Positions 26,739 through 36,284 of a DNA stretch of 64,000 nt are shown here, in pieces. The DNA is from an uncultured Clostridia bacterium. Lineage in GTDB: Bacteria; Bacillota; Clostridia; TANB77; CAG-508. Under the pieces are notes generated by a model that worked only from the letters and a program-made list of their open reading frames with translations, did no database searches and was not told where the DNA came from. The DNA is taken from assembly GCA_948485625.1 (NCBI GenBank), contig CAOMRW010000007.1:10117-74116 (forward strand), written 5' to 3'. The stretch's first letter is position 1, and each line of letters begins with the position of its first letter. A program made the translations under genes and the position numbers.

Positions 26739-27500
26739 ATGAAACAAAAAATATATGAAATAATAGTATTAGTAATAATTATTTTTATAATAACTAATAT
26801 ATTTAATTTTTATAAAACGAAAAATAAACAAAAAGAAATAGAAGTGTCTTCAGTACCAATAAAGGAAAATCAAACAGATAATGAACTTGTTGCGGTGAAT
26901 AAAAAACCAATTGACAGTAGTACAAATGATTGGAATTTGATTTTAGTTAACAAAGACAATTTAATCCCAGAAGATTATGAAAAAGAAATAGTAGAAGTAG
27001 AGAATCGATGGGATATAGATATTAGAATTAAAGAAGCGTTAGAAGATATGTTGGCAGATGCTAGAAAAGAAGGATTAGACCCAATGATATGTTCAGCATA
27101 TAGAACATCACAATATCAAACAAAACTTTTTAATAAAAAGGTAAATGAATATAGAAAAAAAGGATATTCCCAAAAAAATGCAGAAGAACAAGCAGGATTT
27201 TGGGTTACAATACCAGGTTCAAGTGAACATGAAATTGGACTAGCAGTTGATATAGTTGGAAGTAGTTATCAAATATTAGATGAAAAACAAGAACAAACAG
27301 CTATACAAAAATGGCTTATGGAACATTCGCATGAATATGGTTTTATATTAAGGTATCCTACAAATAAAAAAGAAATTACAAAAATAAATTATGAACCATG
27401 GCATTACAGATATGTTGGCGTAAAAGATGCTACATTTATGAAAGAAAAGGACTTTTGTTTAGAAGAATATATAGAATTTTTAAAAGAATATGAAATGTGA
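26739..27500 (+). CDS. VanY-type D-Ala-D-Ala carboxypeptidase (peptidase M15B)
   Basis: N-terminal TM. SAYRTSQYQ, SEHEIGLAVDI and EPWHYRYVG zinc-peptidase motifs. Confidence 0.85.
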   Translation: MKQKIYEIIVLVIIIFIITNIFNFYKTKNKQKEIEVSSVPIKENQTDNELVAVNKKPIDSSTNDWNLILVNKDNLIPEDYEKEIVEVENRWDIDIRIKEALEDMLADARKEGLDPMICSAYRTSQYQTKLFNKKVNEYRKKGYSQKNAEEQAGFWVTIPGSSEHEIGLAVDIVGSSYQILDEKQEQTAIQKWLMEHSHEYGFILRYPTNKKEITKINYEPWHYRYVGVKDATFMKEKDFCLEEYIEFLKEYEM

Positions 27501-27562
27501 CAAAAGGGGTGTCCCTTTTTGGCATAAAATATGTGACAAAAAGACACGCCCCCTTTGTCACA
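27501..27562. repeat. hairpin repeat pair (family B)
   Basis: CAAAAGGG-gtgt-CCCTTTTTG, then TGTGACAAA-aagacACGCCCCC-TTTGTCACA (27532-27562). Same architecture as 59644-59680. Confidence 0.8.
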
Positions 27563-27578
27563 AAATAGGGTGATGAGT

Positions 27579-28235
27579 ATGAAAAAAGTAATAAAGTATG
27601 TAATAATATTTATTTTAATAGTTATATTAATAGTATTATCAATTAATTTCTATCTTATAATTTCTACTAAAAATCAAATTCTTGAAGTGGAAAATGCAAA
27701 TTTAGATAATGTAGATTGTATATTAGTTTTGGGAGCTGGAATATGGGGAGATAAGCCAAGTCCGATTTTAGAAGATAGATTATTAACAGGAATTGAATTA
27801 TATAAAAATAATGTATCTTCTAAAATAATAATGAGTGGAGACCATGGAAGAGAAGAATATGATGAAGTAAATATAATGAAGAGTTTTGCAATAGAAAAAG
27901 GAATTCCATCAGAAAATATTTTTATGGACCATGCAGGTTTTTCTTCATATGATAGTATATATAGAGCAAAAGAAATTTTTAATTGTAAAAAGATAATTAT
28001 AGTAACACAGAAATATCATTTATATAGAGCAATATATATTGCAAATCAGTTAGGAATTGAAGCGTATGGGGTTAATTCAGATCCTAGACAATATGTAGGT
28101 GCTACTTATAGAGAAGTAAGGGAGATACTAGCTAGAAATAAAGATTTTCTAAAATGTATATTTAAGCCAGCGCCAACATTTTTAGGAGAAACTATTCCTG
28201 TAAGTGGTAATGGAGATATTACAAATGATAAATAA
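27579..28235 (+). CDS. sanA: SanA/YdcF (DUF218) family protein
   Basis: N-terminal TM. CILVLGAGIWGDKPSPILEDRL...IIMSGDHG...HAGFSSYDS. The track start at 27555 (TTG) reads through the hairpin repeat. Confidence 0.7.
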   Translation: MKKVIKYVIIFILIVILIVLSINFYLIISTKNQILEVENANLDNVDCILVLGAGIWGDKPSPILEDRLLTGIELYKNNVSSKIIMSGDHGREEYDEVNIMKSFAIEKGIPSENIFMDHAGFSSYDSIYRAKEIFNCKKIIIVTQKYHLYRAIYIANQLGIEAYGVNSDPRQYVGATYREVREILARNKDFLKCIFKPAPTFLGETIPVSGNGDITNDK

Positions 28236-28236
28236 G

Positions 28237-28314
28237 TGGTGATTGGGGGCCAGGTCTTGAATCCCCATTTTTTTATATAAAAATGGAGATTCAAGACCTG
28301 GCCCCCAATCACCA
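28237..28314. repeat. 78-bp REPIN-like palindrome (family C)
   Basis: TGGTGATTGGGGGCCAGGTCTTGAATCCCCATTTTT / loop / reverse complement, one mismatch. Starts 2 nt after the sanA stop, between convergent genes. Confidence 0.92.
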
Positions 28315-28368
28315 TAAGTTGGTATTTTGGGAAGTTCACTCTTTTTTTGATTGTTGTGATATATTTTA

Positions 28369-28533
28369 TTATTTACATTCATAACTTGAACATTTTGATT
28401 CATCTGGTTGTTGTGTATTACATCTTTTTGTAGGAGTAACAATAATTTCGCTTAGAGTACAACGGCCATCTAATTTGTCATTATATATACAGCTTCCAAC
28501 TGTACAAGAGATTTTTTGATTATTATTTGACAT
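28369..28533 (-). CDS. DUF1540-like small Cys-rich protein (54 aa)
   Basis: MSNNNQKISCTVGSCIYNDKLDGRCTLSEIIVTPTKRCNTQQPDESKCSSYECK*. RBS GGAGG 8 nt upstream. Two C-x-x-x-x-C...C half-repeats. Not in the ORF track. Confidence 0.6.
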   Translation of the reverse strand: MSNNNQKISCTVGSCIYNDKLDGRCTLSEIIVTPTKRCNTQQPDESKCSSYECK

Positions 28534-28717
28534 TTTTTACCTCCATTAATTTATTTATAAAGTTATAATTTTATTATGTGTAAATTTTATTTTTATATTC
28601 TTATTTTATGAGGTAATGAAAAATAAAAATTTGCAAAATTATGTAAATTGTGTTACAATATAAATAAGTATTTTAAAAATAGCATAAAAAACATTACCAT
28701 AGGGAGGACATTGAAAT

Positions 28718-31393
28718 ATGAATAACACATTACCAATTTCTAATTACAAAAAAGAGATAATGCAGGCTGTTGCAAATCATGCAGTTACAATTATTACAGC
28801 TGAAACAGGATCTGGTAAATCAACACAGGTTCCACAATTTTTATATGAGGCTGGATATCAGGTTATAGTTACAGAACCTAGACGGATGGCTGCTTGGTCT
28901 TTAGCAGAAAGAGTTGCTGAAGAAATAAAGTCTTCATTAGGAGAAATAGTAGGATTTAGAACTGGTTTTGAGAGAAAAGATTCTACTAATACATCTATAT
29001 TGTATTGTACAGATGGATTAGAACTAGTTCGTGAAATTACAGATACAAAGGACAAGCGAAAAGTGTTAATTATAGATGAAGTCCATGAATGGAACTTAAA
29101 TATAGAAACACTTGTTGCTTGGTCAAAGAAAAAAATCAATGAGGGCTGGAATACTAAGGTAGTTATTATGAGTGCAACTTTGGAAAAAGAAAGTCTTACA
29201 AAATATTTTGGAGAAGACGCATATCTTTTGAATGTTCCTGGGAAAATTTTTCCAGTTGAATTTAGTGAGAGATATGAAAATGAGTTGATTCCAACTGTTA
29301 AAGATATGATTCTTGATAAACATAATACTTTAGTATTTGTACCAGGCAAAAAAGAGATTTCAAATGTAATAGAAGAACTTTCTTTTATGAATGATAGTGC
29401 AGTTATTTTACCATTACATGGTAAACTGGATAGTGAGGAACAGAAGAAGTGTTTTGAAGCTTATTCTATTCCAAAAGTTATTGTTGCTACAAATGTAGCT
29501 CAAACTTCAATCACTATTCCTGATATTGATGCAGTAGTAGATACAGGTAAAGAAAGGAGACTGGAAGTACATGATGGTATTCAGGGCCTTTTCTTAAGAA
29601 ATATTAGCAAAGCAGATTGTATGCAAAGGAAAGGGCGTGCTGGAAGAACAAAGGAGGGAAAATATATACTTTGTTCAGATTCATCTTTTGATTCAAGAAC
29701 AGAGTTCTCAGTTCCAGAGATTCAGAGAGGTATTTTAAATCAGATTGTTCTTCGTCTTGCAACTTGTGGAATTGACGCATTAGAATTGGAATTTTTCCAT
29801 CAGCCAAATGATGAAGCCTTAATACTTGCAAAGCAAACACTTATTAATTTAGGAGCAATTAAACCAAATAACAAAGTAACAGAGATAGGATACAAAATGG
29901 CCAAAATGCCAGTATCTGTTGAAACTGCAAGAATGATTATTGAAGCAGAAAAATATGGTGTTACAGAAGATGTTATTTGTATTGCTGCTATATTAGAAGT
30001 AGGAACTTTATTAGATTATCGGCCTAAAAAGGGATTAGGAGGATGTCAGGTTTCATATTATAATTTCACAAGTGAAAATCAAAGTGATTTACTTGCGGAA
30101 TATGATGTATGGAAAAATATCAGCAAATTGAAATATATAGATTTCAAAGAATTATCTATTAATAAGAAATCTTATTTTCGTATCAAAGAACTTATTAAAA
30201 AGATGTATGAGGTATTAGAGGGAATAGTAACAATATCTTCTTCAGGAGATAGGGAAGCTATTAAGAAATCATGTTTAGCTGGTATGATAAACCATGTATA
30301 CAAATATGAGCATGGTGAATACATTAATGGAGATGGAAAGCCAAGAAATTTAGACAATCATAGCTGTTTAAGTGGCTGGAATAATCCTAAGCTTCTTGTT
30401 GGAATTCCAAAAATTATTGAATTTAAAGATTCTTGGGGTTGGAAAAGAACGATGGATTTAGTTTGTATGGCAACAAAAGTAACAGTTGGAGACTTAAAAG
30501 AAATAGCACCAGATTTTGTGACACAGAAAGATATAGACGCATATTATTCTTGCTCTGCTGATGCTGTAAAAGTTACAAGAAAAACTTATTTTAGAGATAT
30601 TCTCATAGATGAAAAAGAGGAAGTAATTCAAAATCATCCAGATTATGAAAGATTAAAAGAAATTTATGAGAATGAAAATAAGAAAGAAAATTACTATGAA
30701 AGCATATATCAGAGAACAGTAATAATTGATGGGAAACAATTTGAGGTTTCATATGATTGGAAGCAAAAAGCAAGTATAACCATTGATGAATATACTCTTT
30801 ATCATACTGAAGTGAAAGAAGTAATTCTTGATAATGGCAAAAAGGTAGAAGTATATTATTGTGGCTCATGCTGTCATTCCAAAAGAAATACCAATATTGT
30901 AGCATTAAGAAATGCAGTAGAGAATGATAGAGTTAGAAAATGTTTTGAAAGAAAAAGAGAAAATCTTCCAAGATTAAAATCTAATACTATTAAATCTGCA
31001 TTAGAACTTATTGAGTATATTGGAAAACAAGAGGTAACTTGTGGTAATGGGGGATACGGTGAACCGATTTATGGATTTGGATGTTTTGTATTGGAAAAGA
31101 ATTCTCTTCATTTAGAATTATTAGAAGATGAAGAGAAAGCAGAAGAAAATACACAAGAAGCTATAGAGTTTCTGTATGGTAAATTTATCAGAGAGAATTT
31201 TTATGATAAAAAGTTCAAATTCAAAAAAGGTGTAAAGGGCCTGTCTCCAAAAGAACAGAAAGTAAAATCAGAATTTGATTCAGAAGTTCAAGAGCTACTA
31301 AGAGGATTAAATATTAGTAATATAGAAGAAAATGTAACTTACCTAGAAGAACTTTATTCTATATTGATAGAGGATTTAAAGATAGTAGCTTAA
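28718..31393 (+). CDS. DEAH-box (HrpA/HrpB-like) helicase with ~300-aa unassigned C-terminal region
   Basis: Motif I AETGSGKST, Ia TEPRRMAA, II DEVHE, III SAT, V TNVAQTSITIPDI, VI QRKGRAGR. HA2-like region follows. The final third has no recognisable motif. Confidence 0.85.
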   Translation: MNNTLPISNYKKEIMQAVANHAVTIITAETGSGKSTQVPQFLYEAGYQVIVTEPRRMAAWSLAERVAEEIKSSLGEIVGFRTGFERKDSTNTSILYCTDGLELVREITDTKDKRKVLIIDEVHEWNLNIETLVAWSKKKINEGWNTKVVIMSATLEKESLTKYFGEDAYLLNVPGKIFPVEFSERYENELIPTVKDMILDKHNTLVFVPGKKEISNVIEELSFMNDSAVILPLHGKLDSEEQKKCFEAYSIPKVIVATNVAQTSITIPDIDAVVDTGKERRLEVHDGIQGLFLRNISKADCMQRKGRAGRTKEGKYILCSDSSFDSRTEFSVPEIQRGILNQIVLRLATCGIDALELEFFHQPNDEALILAKQTLINLGAIKPNNKVTEIGYKMAKMPVSVETARMIIEAEKYGVTEDVICIAAILEVGTLLDYRPKKGLGGCQVSYYNFTSENQSDLLAEYDVWKNISKLKYIDFKELSINKKSYFRIKELIKKMYEVLEGIVTISSSGDREAIKKSCLAGMINHVYKYEHGEYINGDGKPRNLDNHSCLSGWNNPKLLVGIPKIIEFKDSWGWKRTMDLVCMATKVTVGDLKEIAPDFVTQKDIDAYYSCSADAVKVTRKTYFRDILIDEKEEVIQNHPDYERLKEIYENENKKENYYESIYQRTVIIDGKQFEVSYDWKQKASITIDEYTLYHTEVKEVILDNGKKVEVYYCGSCCHSKRNTNIVALRNAVENDRVRKCFERKRENLPRLKSNTIKSALELIEYIGKQEVTCGNGGYGEPIYGFGCFVLEKNSLHLELLEDEEKAEENTQEAIEFLYGKFIRENFYDKKFKFKKGVKGLSPKEQKVKSEFDSEVQELLRGLNISNIEENVTYLEELYSILIEDLKIVA

Positions 31394-31404
31394 GTTGAAT
31401 TTGC

Positions 31405-31438
31405 AAAGAGCCTGCTAACAATTGTTAGCAGGCTCTTT
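31405..31438 (+). terminator. rho-independent terminator
   Basis: AAAGAGCCTGCTAACA-at-TGTTAGCAGGCTCTTT, a GC-containing 16-bp stem. Confidence 0.85.
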
Positions 31439-31540
31439 TAATATTATAAATTTAGTTGATAATCACTTTATTTTATGATATTATTCAACTATAAATTATA
31501 AGATAATAATAATTAACAAATATAAAGGAGACAAGAATAA

Positions 31541-32317
31541 ATGTTTTCAAAAATAGGAAAATTTAAACCATGTGGAATATTTACAAAAGGACATTTTATT
31601 TTGATTGTTTTGACAATAAGTAGTATCATATTAGTATTAAAGAAAACAATAATAAAAAGTAAAGAAGAAGTATATAAAATAATAAAAAGATTAACAGTAA
31701 TAATGTGTATATTAGAAGTTATTAGGATAATCTATAGTATATCTCAAAATTCATTATATGAAGTAAATACATATATGCCATTATATTATTGTAGTATGTT
31801 ATTATATGCAGGATTATTAAGCTCTTTTGGGAAAGAAAAACTAAAAAGAATGGGAGATGTGTTTTTGGCAACTGGCTGTATAATTGGAGGAATTGTTTTT
31901 ATAATATATCCATCTACATCATTATTATCATATCCAGCTTTCCATTTTTTAAGTATTCATAGCTTTTTGTTTCATGGTGTAATGATATATTTGGGGATAT
32001 TAGTAAATAAGACAGAATATATAAAATTAAAAAAAGAAGATATTAAATATTTTGCAATTTTAGTAGGAATTATGTGTATATTAGCATTAATTGTAAATAA
32101 TATTTTTGATAGTAATTTAATGTTCATATCACAAAACTTTTGTGGAACTCCTATTGAAATATTATATAAAATGACTAATGGAAGCTTTTTATTTAGTTTG
32201 ATAATGTCAATAGGACAAATGACAATTCCATTTTATCTTACTTTTTATGTGATAAAGTTTAAAGAATATTATAAAGAACATTATAAGAAAACAGAAAAAC
32301 TTAAAATTAATGTATAA
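31541..32317 (+). CDS. polytopic integral membrane protein (YwaF/TMEM164-like, tentative)
   Basis: About 7 predicted hydrophobic helices. N-terminal FTKGHFILIVL pattern. The family call is weak. Confidence 0.4.
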   Translation: MFSKIGKFKPCGIFTKGHFILIVLTISSIILVLKKTIIKSKEEVYKIIKRLTVIMCILEVIRIIYSISQNSLYEVNTYMPLYYCSMLLYAGLLSSFGKEKLKRMGDVFLATGCIIGGIVFIIYPSTSLLSYPAFHFLSIHSFLFHGVMIYLGILVNKTEYIKLKKEDIKYFAILVGIMCILALIVNNIFDSNLMFISQNFCGTPIEILYKMTNGSFLFSLIMSIGQMTIPFYLTFYVIKFKEYYKEHYKKTEKLKINV

Positions 32318-32334
32318 AGGGAGATTTAAAAAGC

Positions 32335-33036
32335 ATGGAATATATAGAATTCAAGAATGTAAATAAAAAATATAAAATGGGAGAAGTAGAAATAAATGCT
32401 TTAAACAATACAAATTTTCAAATAAATAAAGGAGAATTAGTTGTTATTGTAGGGCCAAGTGGAGCAGGAAAAACAACAGCATTAAATATACTAGGAGGGA
32501 TGGATACTGCAACTTCAGGAAATGTATATGTAGATGAAAAAGATATAACAGAATTAAATAATAAACAACTAATCAAATATAGAAGAAATGATATCGGATT
32601 TGTTTTTCAGTTTTATAATCTAGTACAAAATTTAACAGCAAAAGAAAATGTAGAACTTGCAACACAATTATGTTCTAATGCATTAGATGCTCAAGAAATA
32701 TTAGAGAAAGTAGGATTAGCAAGTAGAAAAGATAACTTTCCAGCACAATTATCAGGAGGAGAGCAACAAAGAGTTGCGATAGCAAGAGCAATAGCAAAAA
32801 ATCCAAAACTTTTACTTTGTGACGAACCAACAGGAGCACTAGATTATAAAACAGGAAAAAGTATTTTAAAGCTATTGCAAGATATGGCAAGAAATGAAAA
32901 AATGACAGTTATAATAATTACACATAATGTTGCTATATCTCCAATGGCAGATAAAGTTATTCACTTTAAAAATGGAACAGCAGAGAAGATAGAAATAAAT
33001 GATACACCAGTATCAATAGAAGAAATAGAGTGGTAA
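32335..33036 (+). CDS. ABC transporter ATP-binding protein (MacB/FtsE-type)
   Basis: Walker [11 protein letters not shown]-loop, signature LSGGEQQRV, Walker [14 protein letters not shown]-loop ITHN. Confidence 0.92.
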   Translation: MEYIEFKNVNKKYKMGEVEINALNNTNFQINKGELVVIVGPSGAGKTTALNILGGMDTATSGNVYVDEKDITELNNKQLIKYRRNDIGFVFQFYNLVQNLTAKENVELATQLCSNALDAQEILEKVGLASRKDNFPAQLSGGEQQRVAIARAIAKNPKLLLCDEPTGALDYKTGKSILKLLQDMARNEKMTVIIITHNVAISPMADKVIHFKNGTAEKIEINDTPVSIEEIEW

Positions 33037-33040
33037 AATT

Positions 33041-36000
33041 ATGAAAAAATCTTTGTGGAAAAATAATTTTAAAGAAATAGTAAAAACCAAAAGAAGATTT
33101 ATATCAATTTTAATAATGGCTTTTTTAGGTGTTGGCTTTTTTTCAGGCCTAGTTGTTACACGGTCCAGATATGCGAGATAGTCTTAAGATATATGCAGAT
33201 TCATCTAATTTATTTGATATAGATATTATTTCAACATTAGGATTAACAGATAATGATGTTGAAGCTATAAAAAATATAGAAGGAATGGAAAATAGTTATG
33301 GAATAAAGACAAAAGATTCTATGGCAAAAATAGAGGGAAAAGAAAGCATATGTAAAGTAATAGAATATAATGAATATTGTAATAAACCAGCAATAATAGA
33401 GGGAAGATTACCTGAAAAAATAAATGAATGCTTATTAGATAAAAATTATTCAATAACAGATAATATTTCTGAATTTATAGGAAAAACAATAATACTTGAA
33501 AACGAAGAAGCAGATTCTGAGGACAATAATATTTTTAATCAGAAAGAATTTACTATTGTAGGAATTGCTGAATCACCATTATATATATCAAATGAAAGAG
33601 GAAATACAACAATAGGAAATGGCTCAATTAATTTCTTTATTTATACACTTCCTGATGTAATTAATATTGATTATTATACAAATGTATATGGATTTGTTAA
33701 AGGTACTAAAGAGTTAGAATTAAATAGTAATGAATATTGGAAATTAGTAGATTTGACAATATTAAAATTAGAAGATATAAAAGAAAAACAGGAACAGGAA
33801 AGATATAAGCAATTAATTTCTGAAGCAGAAAATAAGTTAAATGATGCACAAGAAGAATTTAATACAGAAAAACAAAAAGTAGATAAGGAACTTGAAGATG
33901 CAGAAAAAAAGATAGAAGAAGCGAAAAATGAGATTTTGAAATCTGAAAATGAATTAAAGAAATCTGAAAAAGAAATTAATTTACAAGAAAAAAATGCAAA
34001 GCAACAATTTTTGGTATCAGATAAAAAAATGAATGATGCAGAAAATCAAATTGCTGAAAAAAAGAAAGAGCTAGAAAATGGAAAAACTGAATTAGAAAAT
34101 AATAAAAAAGAAGCACATAAAGCAATAGAACAACTTGATAATGGAATAGATGAAGCTAATAAGAATCTTAATGAGTTACAACTCCAAAGAGAAGAACTAG
34201 AAAATAATAATTTGGATACAAGCAATATAGATGAACTTATAGTAAAAGTAGAATCAAACATAGAGTTATTAGACAAGCAAAAGTTGCAAATACAAAAACA
34301 GCTATTAGATGCAGAAAATTACTTGAATAACGGGCAAAATGAAATATTAAAAGCAGAAAATGAATTAGAAAACCAAAGAAATATTTTTAATAAAACTCAA
34401 AAAGATACAATGAATAAAATTGCAAGTGCAAAAGTTAAAATAGAAAATGGAAAAAATGAATTAAGAAAAGCGAAAGTTGAAATAGAAGAAAAACAGATTG
34501 AATTTAAAAATAAAAAACAAGAAGCAATTACAAAGTTGAATGATGCACAAAAAGAACTTGACAATGCAAAAGAGGATATAAGTAAAATAGAAAGAGCGAA
34601 ATGGTATATTAAAAATAGAAAAGATAATTTGGGTTATACAAATATTATTGATGCAATAAAAACAATTACAAATATATCTAAATTATTTCCAGCAATATTC
34701 TATATTGTAGCAATATTAATTAGTTTAACCTCAATGACAAGAATGATAGAAGAAGAAAGAACCGAAATAGGAACATTAAAAGCATTAGGGTATACGAATA
34801 TACAGATAATAATAAAATATATTTTATATGCATTTTTAGCATGTGTTATTGGAGGCTTTTTAGGAATGACAGTTGGATTTTATCTAATTCCAAATATAGT
34901 TTGGGATATATATGACACAATATATAAAATACCAGAATTCTATACTCTATATAGGTTAGATATTGGGTTGTTAGGATTAATTATTTCATTTGTTTGCATT
35001 GGTGGAGCTACAATTTTTGTTGCAACAAAAGAATTGAAGAATGTGCCAGCAATATTGATGAGACCAAAGGTACCAAAAAATGGAAAAAAGATTTTATTAG
35101 AAAGAATTTCATTTATTTGGAATAAATTTAATTTCTCTAAAAAAGTAATAGCAAGAAATATATTTAGATATAAAAAAAGAGCAATTATGACAATAGTAGG
35201 TATTGCAGGGTGTACAGGACTTATGGTTACAGGATTTGGATTAAAAGATTCTGTTATTGATATTCCTACATCACAATATGGAGAAATTTTTACTTATAAT
35301 ATGTCTATTTCATTGTCAGAAGATAAAAATTTAAGCAAAATAGAAGAAATATTAAATAATAATGAAAGTATAGAAAGTTATTCTAAATTGTGTACAACTA
35401 CGGGGAAATTAAAAGGAGAAGATATCAATTATGAAACAGCAATTTTCGTCCCAGAATCAATAGAAAATTTTCAAAAAGTATGTTATTTAAAAGATGCAAA
35501 AACTCATGAGAAACTAGAACTAACAGATGATGGAATTATTATTTCTGATAAAGTTGCAGAAATGTTAAGTGTAAAAAAAGGTGATAGTATTATACTAATT
35601 GATAGTGATAATTCAGAATATTCATTTAAAATAGTAGGTATTGCAGAAAACTATGTTTCAAATTATGTATATATGACTAAAAACTTTTATGAAAATAATA
35701 TTAGAACTTATAAAACAAGTATGATTTTAATAGATACTAAAAAAGATATGACAGTTGATATAAAAAATCAAATATCTGAAAGATTTTTACAAATTGAGGG
35801 AGTTGCTGCTGTAAGTATGGTTTCAGATACAATGAAAGCAATTGAGGATATGTTAGGCTCATTAAATTATGTAGTTATAATTTTAATTGTTGCTTCAGCA
35901 TTACTTGCATTTGTTGTATTATACAATTTAGCTAATATAAATATAGGTGAAAGACAAAGAGAGATTGCAACATTAAAAGTTTTAGGTTTTTATGATAAAG

Positions 36001-36263
36001 AAGTTGACAATTATATAAATAAAGAAAATATAATATTCACTTTTATGGGGGTATTTATTGGTTTAATATTTGGATATTTTTTAACAGAAATGATTGTTAT
36101 GAGTGTGGAAATAGATAAGTTAAGATTTATTAGAAATATAAGAACTATAAGTTATGTATATGCTTCTGCTATATCAGTGTTTTTTTCTCTTATAGTTAAT
36201 TATATTATTCATTTTGTTTTGAAAAAAATTGATATGATAGAAAGTTTAAAAAGTGTAGAATGA
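33041..36263 (+). pseudogene. FtsX-family ABC permease (double FtsX, long coiled-coil ectodomain) with apparent +1 frameshift near 33161
   Basis: ATG at 33041 encodes MKKSLWKNNFKEIVKTKRRFISILIMAFLGVGFFSGLVVT, then stops at 33179-33181. The main ORF continues in the next frame as GPDMRDSLKIY. Deleting C33161 gives ...GLVVTGPDM..., the usual junction in this family. Confidence 0.75.
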
Positions 36264-36284
36264 TATTTAGGGAGAAATAGTAAA

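Noticed and set aside
28106-28442. Two minus-strand ORFs of 77 and 86 aa
   Set aside because: They read through the 78-bp palindrome and the end of sanA, lack RBSs and have low-complexity products. The DUF1540-like ORF in another frame explains the coding signal.
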